From Terriglobia bacterium (lineage in GTDB: Bacteria > Acidobacteriota > Terriglobia > Acidiferrales > UBA7541): a stretch of 64,000 nt of DNA. Below the pieces are notes generated by a model. The model ran no database searches. It saw only the letters and a list, made by a program, of their open reading frames with translations, and was not told the origin of the DNA. This document shows positions 19,601-27,678 of this stretch, piece after piece. The position numbers and the translations under genes are program-made. Each line of letters opens with the position of its first letter. Positions within the stretch are counted from its first letter, which is position 1. The DNA is taken from the NCBI GenBank assembly GCA_963695545.1, contig OY968796.1:2848001-2912000 (forward strand). Reading direction: 5' to 3'.

Positions 19601-19871
19601 CTTGAACTCCGGCCGCGGATTGAATGCGGGCGCGCGCGGAATTCTCGACGGTGCAGATTGCGTTGGCGTCGCACGTGATCGTGGTTAGCCACTTTTCGAG
19701 GACCAACGGCTGGTTGGAGTAGTCCGGGGCTTTGGCCGCGGCGGCGGGTGCGGCCTGGGCGGCGGACTCGGTTTGAGGCGCGGGAGTTTGCGCTGCCTGA
19801 ATGTCGCCGATCGCGGCCAGCGAAACGCAGAGACATGCGATTGTTGCCATGCGCGACAACGTGGTGATCAA
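16650..19871 (-). CDS. Secreted DUF3857 + transglutaminase-like + TPR protein
   Basis: Signal peptide, GDCKDK / FDHVI / LDTT Cys-His-Asp triad, C-terminal TPR-like helices. Confidence 0.8.
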   Translation of the reverse strand: MITTLSRMATIACLCVSLAAIGDIQAAQTPAPQTESAAQAAPAAAAKAPDYSNQPLVLEKWLTTITCDANAICTVENSARARIQSAAGVQAFGNLDIQYASASSAADFVSVKVTKPDGRVVTTDPADALAIPADVTREAPEYSDLQEKQLAVRGLEAGDTLEYQTVVRDTAPLDPGQFWYFYNFTKGAIVLSEELRFIAPKNRHVNFKSIDVQPTVTLDGANSVYDWKSSNLSDADSGKKTPAPQIGLAPPPDILISSFDSWDQVGQWFRGLAAPRAVPTPDVKAKADALTAGAKTDAEKIQILYDYVSTKFRYIGISLGIGRYQPHSASDVLENGFGDCKDKHTLFAALLAAENIKAYPALMDSAGTLDTTLPSPMMFDHVITAIPQASGFLFLDTTPGVAPLGYLSVTIRNKKAMIVPDAGPMQMVVTPADPPFASFFNFHADSTIDSTGAVKSKMHVSIRGDFEVAFRDDFRRTGQSQWNDLVQRISQAWDFGGTVSDATATPPDSTATPFEFDYSYARDHYQPWDDNQISPPLPEVDLTIIPEGADAPATSIRLGTMTESLTADVHLPEGTNPELPAAVDLNNDFAEYHSSFTFSNSVWHAERPEVVKVDMLAPSEFDAYRKFVKSVTDDEAKLFAVYAPSAPVSASGVDTTGNPEARNLSQLATDAERRGDWATGIQDLREAVAADPNFAFAWSLLGYSDIRIGALDSGADEIKKAIDLDPAPAAYYATTATQLANMHKDDLALEIIAELEKSKPTDPEALLAIDAALLDMKRYPDALQQAESAVKNNPHNAALLLQLGEAHIYTLNSDAGAAALEQAVAIDPSPETLNDAAWYLADNNLKLDESLQWAQKAVAQLESDSAAISLDNIVDKDKGTMNLLSATWDTLGWIQFRLGHYDLAEKYCRSAWSMYQDSTDADHLGQIYEKMGARQKAIEAYGWAIDTGSPPSGTRARLDVLLSKNESHFGTDPGVISLMRTVTVARIVKEHASAEFFLLLAPGSPSPKVVSVKFVSGSDLLKNADAALEAAKFDLPFPDDGPTRLLVHGILDCEPDSGCSMVLVRPGADASVE

Positions 19872-19955
19872 GCGACCCTCAATACTGCCGATATAATTAC
19901 GTGGCGGGATTCTACCCGGAAACTTTGCGACTGGCTAGCGGCGCGGGATTCGGGC

Positions 19956-19993
19956 AATAAAAAGCCCGCTCACCGGTCGGCGATGAGCGGGCT
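19956..19993 (-). terminator. Rho-independent terminator downstream of the PEGA gene
   Basis: AGCCCGCTCA...TGAGCGGGCT stem followed by TTTTATT on the minus strand. Confidence 0.75.
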
Positions 19994-20038
19994 CGATTCC
20001 ACGCGGAGTCTAAGACGTTCCGCGCGGTACAACGCTGA

Positions 20039-20563
20039 TTAAAGCAATGCGCTCGGCGCGGTCCAGTAGAGCGCTGCGCTTACTTGGACGGCGGGGCCGT
20101 CGCGGTTCCGGGCTCGATATCGACCGTTCAGGCCGGGAAGCACGTTGACGCGCTCCTGATAGAACGTGTGACCGCTGGGATCGCGCAGTTCGATATCGTG
20201 CGCGCCGGCTTTGAGCGGGAAATTCTTGAGCTTGCCGGACAGGCCAGCGTAGCCGCCGTCAACGTAAACCAAGGCGTCCTTGGCCTGCATATCGAGCTTC
20301 ACGTGTCCGGTGCCGGTATAGGCGCCGTCGCCGCGATACCCGTAGTAACCATAGCCATAGGGACCCCAGTAAAGGCCGGGGCCGTAGAACCAGCCGGGTC
20401 CATAGAAACCGAATCCTATAGACGGTCCGTAGAAGCCTCCGCCAAAGCCTCCGCGGAACCCTCCGCGGAACCCTCCGCCGAAACGTTGAGCCGAAGCCGT
20501 GGGAACCATCAGCGCCATCGCAAACAAGCCAATCGCCGACATTTTAAGAATTCGGGAAATCAT
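20039..20563 (-). CDS. PEGA-domain protein with Gly/Tyr-rich N-terminal region (possible frameshift near the 3' end)
   Basis: GGAGG RBS, signal peptide, GGFRG/YGP repeats, DALVYVDGGYAG...LKAGAHDIEL PEGA pattern. Confidence 0.75.
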   Translation of the reverse strand: MISRILKMSAIGLFAMALMVPTASAQRFGGGFRGGFRGGFGGGFYGPSIGFGFYGPGWFYGPGLYWGPYGYGYYGYRGDGAYTGTGHVKLDMQAKDALVYVDGGYAGLSGKLKNFPLKAGAHDIELRDPSGHTFYQERVNVLPGLNGRYRARNRDGPAVQVSAALYWTAPSALL

Positions 20564-20700
20564 ACTTGGCCTCCCTTCCTTCCTGCTTCCGAGCGCGATA
20601 CCTTGTGAGCTTCCTTCGTGGCGATCGCCGGCTTTTATCGCGTCCAGTAACTTTGATGCGGGGATGTTCGGAGGAGTTTCCTCGGTGCGTGCCGCGTGTT

Positions 20701-21798
20701 TCAGAGCTTCGGATCCCAGTTGTCTGCGCCGCGAAGGAATTTGCGAGGGGCGAACTGCGCGGCCTCTGAAGCCGTGAGCATTTTTTCCTGGGGTATGCGC
20801 GCGGATGGGGCCGCTGAGTTCGGACCGCCCGCGGAGGCGGCGTGGGGCGCGCCGTCGCCGAACGACCCATACTCGGCGTAGAAGGCGTTGGTCAGGCCGG
20901 ACCTGCCATCGTGCATCCATTCAACCCATCCAGCAGGGTCGATGTGGCCGCCCATGTCGGTCGCGAGAAACACGACGAAGGCGTATAGACGCCAGGGGCG
21001 ACGGAGATAAACATCGGTGACGCCCGGATCGGCGGTGAGCATGCAGTGGTCGAAAACGTAGCCGCTATCTTCGGCGGGATAGAGGCGGCTCTGCGCGGTG
21101 ATCGAATCGATCTCGTGAGGACGACTGTGGATTTCGCAGCGCTCGAAAACGGCTTTGGCGTCGCCGAAGATGAAGTCAACGGTGCCGGCGATGTAGGAAT
21201 CGGAATAAAGTTGGCGCGAGGCAGCGCATGGAGAAGTGCCGCTGCGACACGTTTTACTGTCGGCGTACAGGCTGTCCTGGCGGGCCACGATGCGAACGTG
21301 GCGGAAGATATCGCGGTCGCCGGTGACGTGCAGCGCGACGGCCTGCGCGTCAACATTTACGTCGGGATGCTCGTCGCTGAAAGTGTTCTGGAAGGTGATA
21401 TTTTCCGCGAGGAAGTCGTCGCCGGTGACGGTGGTGCTGGCGGAGCCGAAAGTCGAGCCGACGTCGTGGTGGCTCAAATCGTAGGTGAGCACGACCCGGC
21501 TGGGGTCTTTCCCCAGGCCAATTAGAGTGACGTGCGGCTTATCGATGTGAATTTGTTCGCGATATGTTCCGGAGTGTATGTGAATCACGCCGCCTGTGGC
21601 CGGGAGCGCATCGACGGCTTGCTGGACGGTTTTGAAATCCCCGGCGCCCGATGCGTCGACCGTGAAAGTCGATCGCGACCAACCCGTGGGCGTCTGGGAC
21701 TCGGGCGAGTCTGCGGCGCCGTGGGAAAATGCGACCATGGCGGAGCAGACGACTCCGCAGGCGACTAGTGCTAGCCGCGCTCTTCGTTGTGAACTCAT
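20701..21798 (-). CDS. Pectinesterase (CE8) family protein
   Basis: GDFKTVQQA, GTYREQ, QAVAL, QDSLY, GTVDFIFG, RPW and YAEY motifs; signal peptide. Confidence 0.88.
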   Translation of the reverse strand: MSSQRRARLALVACGVVCSAMVAFSHGAADSPESQTPTGWSRSTFTVDASGAGDFKTVQQAVDALPATGGVIHIHSGTYREQIHIDKPHVTLIGLGKDPSRVVLTYDLSHHDVGSTFGSASTTVTGDDFLAENITFQNTFSDEHPDVNVDAQAVALHVTGDRDIFRHVRIVARQDSLYADSKTCRSGTSPCAASRQLYSDSYIAGTVDFIFGDAKAVFERCEIHSRPHEIDSITAQSRLYPAEDSGYVFDHCMLTADPGVTDVYLRRPWRLYAFVVFLATDMGGHIDPAGWVEWMHDGRSGLTNAFYAEYGSFGDGAPHAASAGGPNSAAPSARIPQEKMLTASEAAQFAPRKFLRGADNWDPKL

Positions 21799-22229
21799 GC
21801 GCGCGATCGAGGGCTCAGAGCAAGGCCGCCTGAGTGCTCAAAGGATATTTTCATCCCGCGTTCGCTCCATTGAATATGCTTTGAGAAATTCGCCGGGCCT
21901 ATCAAGCAGGATAGCGGAGACCGCGGCGCGCCGTCGGAAACAGGTGGGAGGGGATTGCCTCTGCCGACCGCCATACAAATATATGCCGGCGCGGGGCGCA
22001 TCGATACGGTTCGAGCGAGGCGATGTTTGGAATCGGTCAATGGACCTCGAAGAATCTGTATTCAGTTCGGTTTCGCGCGCGGAGAGCCCTTCGGATGGCA
22101 GCGCGCATTCATGCGCTGACGGGTTGGTTCCAATGTACGGGCAGTGACTTACTGCATCGCGGTTGCGTGCTGCCCGCGCGCCGCCTATGATTTCGTTGCG
22201 ATACTCGACCGCGCACAAGGAGCGTGCCA

Positions 22230-22811
22230 GTGAACGCGAAAATGAAAAGATGCGGATGTGGAATCGGACTGCTGCTTGCGCTGATCGGCGTCGCGACGAT
22301 GGGCGCGGCGGCGCAGATGGCGGGCGGGCAATCTGCGGCGCCGACGCAAGCCCCGCCGATGGCGGCGCAAGCCACGCCGGCGCAGCTTTCCTTGACCGGC
22401 GAGGTGACGCAAGAGCTGCACCTTTCGGGCGCGGATCTGAAGGCGCTGCCGCGTACGAGTGTGACCGCGACGGACGCGCACGAGAAGCAAACGCATGTGT
22501 TCGAGGGCGTGACGCTGCAAGAACTCCTGAAGAGCGCGGGAGTGCTCACTGGCGAGGCTCTTCGCGGCAAAGGACTGGCGATGTGCGTTGTGGCGGGCGC
22601 ATCGGACGGTTATCACGCCGTTTATTCACTCGGCGAGCTTGATCCGAGCATCGGCGGCGAGATGGTTTTGGTGGCCGACACAGTCGATGGGCAGCCGATC
22701 CCTGCGGGGCAAGGCCCACTGCGACTCGTCGTTCCGAGCGACAAGCGCCCCGCTCGCTGGGTCCGGATGCTACAAAGCCTCACCGTAGTTTCGGTTTCCG
22801 CTGGGAAATAG
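22230..22811 (+). CDS. Secreted protein with molybdopterin-oxidoreductase-like (Oxidored_molyb) domain
   Basis: FEGVTL, ASDGY and GPLRLVVP..KR.ARWVR motifs; AGGAG RBS before GTG 22230. Confidence 0.7.
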   Translation: MNAKMKRCGCGIGLLLALIGVATMGAAAQMAGGQSAAPTQAPPMAAQATPAQLSLTGEVTQELHLSGADLKALPRTSVTATDAHEKQTHVFEGVTLQELLKSAGVLTGEALRGKGLAMCVVAGASDGYHAVYSLGELDPSIGGEMVLVADTVDGQPIPAGQGPLRLVVPSDKRPARWVRMLQSLTVVSVSAGK

Positions 22812-22873
22812 CGGCGATTCGGCGGATGTGGCCGTGTGCCGCCGACGCAAAGCGCTCGCGCTCACAGAAACTC

Positions 22874-24499
22874 CTACGGGTTTGACGGAGGCTGAGCCGG
22901 CGTCTGCGCCGGGGCCGAAGGCGGCGGGACAGCCGGCGAATCCGGCGGCGGATTGGTCGGCTGAGACGGGTACTTCCCGGACAACGAAGCGGCCGCGGGT
23001 AACTGCGAGGAATTCCAGCCGCCGCCGAGCGCCTCGATCAATTGCACGTTGGCGTCCATGGCTTGTTCGCGAAGATTGACGGCGGTCTGCTGATTCGTAA
23101 ACAGAGTTGTTTGCGCCGTGATCACGTCGAGATAGGGATCGAGTCCCAACTTATAGCGATTCGTGGCGACCTGCAGATAGTTCACCGAGGATTTCACGGC
23201 ATCGTCCTGCTGCACAACTTCTTCAGAAAGAATGCGAAGAGACGAGAGGTTATCCTCGACCTGCTGGATTGCCGTCAGCACCGTCTGGCGGTAATTCGCG
23301 ACGCTTTCCTGAAATTGGGCGACGTACTGTTGCACGGTGGCGCGGCGCAGTCCGCCGTCGAAAATTGTTTCGGAAATCGTGGGTCCAACCGACCAGGCGC
23401 GGCTGGGCCAAGCGAGCAAGTTCGCGAGCGAGGAGCTTTGGAATCCGGCCTCGGCCGTGATCGTGAGAGTCGGGAAGTACGCGGCGCGCCCGACGCCGAT
23501 CTCGGCGTTGGCTTGAGCTACGAGCCGCTCATCTTGGGCAATATCCGGGCGCCGTTCAAGAAGCTGCGAAGGCACGCCGACGGGAATCGGCGGCGGCGAT
23601 TGTTTCAGTGGCTCGGCCGGAATCGAAAACGTCGAAGCAGGTTGGCCAGTCAGTGTGGCGATCGCGTGTTCGTATTGCGCCCTGAGTATGCCGAGGTTGG
23701 TGGCTTCGGCTTCGGCTGTGTCGAGCTGCGTTTGCGCCTGGGCCACGGCCTCTTCATTCTGAATTCCCGTGTTGTAAAGAACTTGATTCAACCGCAGAGA
23801 TTCCTTGTACGCCGCTACCGTGTCATTGAATAACTGGATTAGGGAATCCTGGCCTCGCAACTCGAAATAATCCACGGCGAGATCCGCGTGCGCCGTGAGG
23901 CGCAGGTTTTCAAGGTCCGCGGCGTCTGCTTGCGCGCCATACTGCGCGGCGCGCACCGTGTTGCGAACGCGGCCGAATAAATCCGGCGTCCACGAGGCGT
24001 CAATGGGAAGCGAAAACTCCGCTTCCGTTCCCGTTGACTTCGACGCGACGAAACCACTCGACGTAGACGCGCCCGCGTTGGCCGAAGGTTTGCCGACGGT
24101 GAGGCCCGGCGCCACAGAAATGGTGGGGAAGTACTGCGAGCGAGCTTCTCTGACGAGAGAGCGCGCGGCGAGGAAGTTTGCGAAAGCCGAGGCCACGTTC
24201 TGGTTCGAGATGTCGACTTTTTCTTCGAGCGAGTTGAGCTCGGGATCGTCGTAGATTTCCCACCATTTGTCGCGAATCGCGGCGTCGCTCGGCTGCGCTT
24301 CTTTCCAGATGCCGGCGGCGGTTGAGTCCGCGGGAGCGAGTTCCTTATAGGCGGGAGGTGCAGCCGCACTTGGCTGGTGGTAGTGAGGGGCGACATTGCA
24401 CCCGGCCACCAGGACGGCGATCGCCAACGCCGACACCAGCCGAAGCGTCCGGATATCCCGGCGTTGGCTATCTCGATGGACTCGGCTCACGATCTGCAT
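22874..24499 (-). CDS. RND efflux outer-membrane lipoprotein (NodT/OprM family)
   Basis: Lipobox VAGC, WW..Y.DP.L, SW..DLFG, LLERRPDI and ALGGGW motifs. Confidence 0.93.
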   Translation of the reverse strand: MQIVSRVHRDSQRRDIRTLRLVSALAIAVLVAGCNVAPHYHQPSAAAPPAYKELAPADSTAAGIWKEAQPSDAAIRDKWWEIYDDPELNSLEEKVDISNQNVASAFANFLAARSLVREARSQYFPTISVAPGLTVGKPSANAGASTSSGFVASKSTGTEAEFSLPIDASWTPDLFGRVRNTVRAAQYGAQADAADLENLRLTAHADLAVDYFELRGQDSLIQLFNDTVAAYKESLRLNQVLYNTGIQNEEAVAQAQTQLDTAEAEATNLGILRAQYEHAIATLTGQPASTFSIPAEPLKQSPPPIPVGVPSQLLERRPDIAQDERLVAQANAEIGVGRAAYFPTLTITAEAGFQSSSLANLLAWPSRAWSVGPTISETIFDGGLRRATVQQYVAQFQESVANYRQTVLTAIQQVEDNLSSLRILSEEVVQQDDAVKSSVNYLQVATNRYKLGLDPYLDVITAQTTLFTNQQTAVNLREQAMDANVQLIEALGGGWNSSQLPAAASLSGKYPSQPTNPPPDSPAVPPPSAPAQTPAQPPSNP

Positions 24500-24548
24500 C
24501 TCGATTTTCCCCGTAATTCGACGTTGTTGGTCATAAGATGCGCGCCCA

Positions 24549-27500
24549 TTAGTCCGCAGGTTGCGGCGAAGGCGCGGCCGAAGGCGCTTGCATGCCGGGG
24601 TGGCGCTTGCCTTCCCACCATAGACGCATGCGATCCATATAAAGATAGACGACCGGCGTGGTGTACAACGTGAGCATCTGGCTGAAGATCAGACCGCCGA
24701 CGATGGTGATGCCCAGGGGACGCCGCAATTCCGATCCAACGCCATGATTGATCACCAGAGGCAGTGCGCCGAACAACGCGGCCGCGGTGGTCATCAGAAT
24801 CGGCCGGAAGCGCAGGAGGCACGCCTGGTAAATGGCATCGCGCGGGCTCATACCTTCGCGGCGCTCGGCCGCCAGCGCGAAATCGATCATCAGAATGGCG
24901 TTCTTCTTGACGATTCCGATCAGCAGGATGAGTCCGATGATTGCGATGACGCTGAGGTCGGTCTTGAAAATCATCAACGCCAGAACGGCGCCGACGCCGG
25001 CCGACGGAATCGTCGAAAGGATGGTGATGGGGTGGATGAAACTTTCATAGAGAATCCCGAGCACAATGTAGACCGCGAGCAACGCCGTGATGATCAGCAT
25101 TGGCTCGGTTGACATGGATTGCTGAAAGGCCTGCAGCGTGCCAGAGAACATGCCGGTGATCGTGCTGGGCATGCCGATGTTCTGTTCCATCTGGATGATC
25201 TCACGCGTGGCGTCGCCGAGAGCCACGCCGGGTGCCAGATTGAAGGATACCGTCACCGAAGGGAACTGCCCCTGGTGGTTGACGGACAAAGGCGCCGTGT
25301 TCGGCGCATAACTGCTGACGGCGCTTAGCGGTATCTCTCTCCCGCCGGACGACGAATTCAGGTAGACATTGCTTAAGCCCTGCGGCCCTTGCCAGTACTC
25401 CGGCGCGACCTCCATCACCACGTGATACTGATTAAGCGAAGTGTACATTGTGGAGACCTGCGCCTGCCCGAACGCGTCATAGAGCGCGCTGTCGAGCGAT
25501 TGCGGCGTGACCCCGACTCTCGACGCCGTCGGACGATCGTAAGTGAGAAAGGCTTGCAAGCCGCTATTCTGCTGGTCGGTGTTGACGTCGGTGAGGCCCG
25601 GAATCTTTCGGATATTTTTCAAGAGCTCAGGTCCCCATGTCACGAGGTCCTGAATATTCTCGCTCTGGATCGTGTATTGGTAACCGGCGCTGCTTTGCCT
25701 CCCGCCGATGCGCAAGTCCTGACCGGGCTGCATAAAGACGCTCGCGCCGGGGACGGAAGTCATTGCGGGACGGAGTCGATTGACGACCTGGAGGGCGCTG
25801 ACCTTTCGTTGGTTGAGCGGTTTGAGGCCAATGAACAAGAATCCGCTGTTGGTGGAACCCTGCCCACCGGTGAAGGCCACGACGTTGGCCACGGCGGGAT
25901 CGGCCTTGACGGAGTTGACGAAACCCTGAGTGAGTACGTTCATGGCTTGAAAGGAGATGTCTTGTGCGCCCTGTATGCCGCCTTGGATCGTTCCGTTGTC
26001 CTGCAGGGGGAAATAACCCTTGGGCACGATGATGAGCAGATAGACGTTGACGGTGATCGTGAGCAGCAGGACGGCGAGCGTCAGAGGCGCGTGGCGAAGC
26101 ACCCATTGCAAAGTGTGCTCGTAGAGATTCAGGATAGCGGTAAAAACGCGCTCGCTCGCGTTGTAGAGGCGCCCATGCCTTTCCGTCCCGTGCTCGCGCA
26201 GCAGTTTGGCGCACATCATGGGCGTGGTCGTGAGCGAGATTGCAAGAGACACAGCAATCGCGGCGGAGAGCGTGACGGCGAATTCGCGGAACAACCGCCC
26301 GAGGATGCCGCCCATCAGCAGGATTGGGATGAACACGGCAATCAGCGACAAACTGATCGAAAGCACGGTGAAGCCGATTTCCGCGGCGCCCTTGAGCGCG
26401 GCCTCCTCCGGAGACATGCCCTGCTCGAGATAGCGCGTGATGTTTTCGATCACCACGATCGCGTCGTCCACCACGAAGCCGGTGCAGATGGTCAGCGCCA
26501 TCAGAGATAAATTGTCCAAGCTATACCCGCATAGATACATCACGCCGAACGTGCCGATCAGCGAGGCGGGCACCGCCACGCTCGGAATCAGCGTGGCCCG
26601 GACGTTGCGGAGGAAAACAAACACGACCAGGATCACCAGGCCAATCGCGATCATCAGCGTATCTTCGACATTGCTCACCGACGCGCGGATGGTGGTCGTG
26701 CGGTCGATCACGATCGTCAGATTAATAGCAGCGGGAATCGAAGCTTTAAGCGAAGGCAGCGCCGCGCGAATGCTGTCCACGGTTTGAATGATGTTCGCGC
26801 CGGGCTGTCGAAAGATGATCAGCAACACTCCCGGTTTGCCGTTTATGTAGGCCGCGCTGCGTATGTTTTCCACAGAATCTTCAACATCGGCCACGTCGGA
26901 TAGCTTGATCGCCGCGCCGTTGTGGTAGCCGACGACGAGGGGTTTGTAGTAATTGGCCACCAGGAGTTGATCGTTCGCCAGGATGTCCGCGCTCGTCTGG
27001 CCGTTGGTAATCTGGCCCTTGGGCAGATTCGCATTTTGCTGTTTCAGCATGCTCGCAACGCTTCCGAGGCTGAGACCGTAGCTATTTAGCTGGGTTGGAT
27101 TCACTTCCACACGCACAGCAGGAAGCGCGCCGCCGCCGACATTCACCTGACCCACGCCCTGAACTTGAGACAATCGTTGGGCCATGATCGTGGACGCGGC
27201 GTCATAGAGCGCTCCACGGTCGTACACCTCCGACTGCAGCGCGATGATCATGATTGGCGAATCGGCCGGATTCACCTTGCGATAGCTTGGATTGCTCGGC
27301 AGATTGGCGGGCAGATAGCTGCGCGCTGCGTTGATAGCGGCCTGAACGTCGCGCGCCGCGCCATTGATATCGCGGCTCAAATCGAATTGCAGGGTGACGT
27401 TGGTCGATCCCAAACTGCTCGAAGAGGTCATTTCCGTGATTCCGGAAATGCGGCCGAATTGCCGCTCGAGCGGTGTGGCCACGGCCGAGGCCATGATTTC

Positions 27501-27668
27501 CGGACTGGCGCCCGGCAGGCTCGCGCCCACGGAGATGGTCGGAAAGTCCACCTGCGGCAGCGGCGAAACGGGGAGTTCGATAAACGCCACAGCGCCCGCG
27601 AGCGCGATGGCCGCAGTCAAGAGCGTGGTGGCCACCGGTCTGCGGATGAATGGAGTCGACAGGCTCAT
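24549..27668 (-). CDS. mdtC: RND efflux permease, MdtC/MuxC type
   Basis: FIRRPVATTLL, LPQVDFPTI, GFVVDDAIVV, GIVKKNAI and RFRPILMTT motifs. Confidence 0.88.
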   Translation of the reverse strand: MSLSTPFIRRPVATTLLTAAIALAGAVAFIELPVSPLPQVDFPTISVGASLPGASPEIMASAVATPLERQFGRISGITEMTSSSSLGSTNVTLQFDLSRDINGAARDVQAAINAARSYLPANLPSNPSYRKVNPADSPIMIIALQSEVYDRGALYDAASTIMAQRLSQVQGVGQVNVGGGALPAVRVEVNPTQLNSYGLSLGSVASMLKQQNANLPKGQITNGQTSADILANDQLLVANYYKPLVVGYHNGAAIKLSDVADVEDSVENIRSAAYINGKPGVLLIIFRQPGANIIQTVDSIRAALPSLKASIPAAINLTIVIDRTTTIRASVSNVEDTLMIAIGLVILVVFVFLRNVRATLIPSVAVPASLIGTFGVMYLCGYSLDNLSLMALTICTGFVVDDAIVVIENITRYLEQGMSPEEAALKGAAEIGFTVLSISLSLIAVFIPILLMGGILGRLFREFAVTLSAAIAVSLAISLTTTPMMCAKLLREHGTERHGRLYNASERVFTAILNLYEHTLQWVLRHAPLTLAVLLLTITVNVYLLIIVPKGYFPLQDNGTIQGGIQGAQDISFQAMNVLTQGFVNSVKADPAVANVVAFTGGQGSTNSGFLFIGLKPLNQRKVSALQVVNRLRPAMTSVPGASVFMQPGQDLRIGGRQSSAGYQYTIQSENIQDLVTWGPELLKNIRKIPGLTDVNTDQQNSGLQAFLTYDRPTASRVGVTPQSLDSALYDAFGQAQVSTMYTSLNQYHVVMEVAPEYWQGPQGLSNVYLNSSSGGREIPLSAVSSYAPNTAPLSVNHQGQFPSVTVSFNLAPGVALGDATREIIQMEQNIGMPSTITGMFSGTLQAFQQSMSTEPMLIITALLAVYIVLGILYESFIHPITILSTIPSAGVGAVLALMIFKTDLSVIAIIGLILLIGIVKKNAILMIDFALAAERREGMSPRDAIYQACLLRFRPILMTTAAALFGALPLVINHGVGSELRRPLGITIVGGLIFSQMLTLYTTPVVYLYMDRMRLWWEGKRHPGMQAPSAAPSPQPAD

Positions 27669-27678
27669 CGTCGGTTCG

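Noticed and set aside
21800..22229. 430 bp intergenic region as a Moco or glycine riboswitch
   Set aside because: Some hairpins and GGAGA words are present but I could not match the conserved core of any riboswitch; needs an Rfam scan
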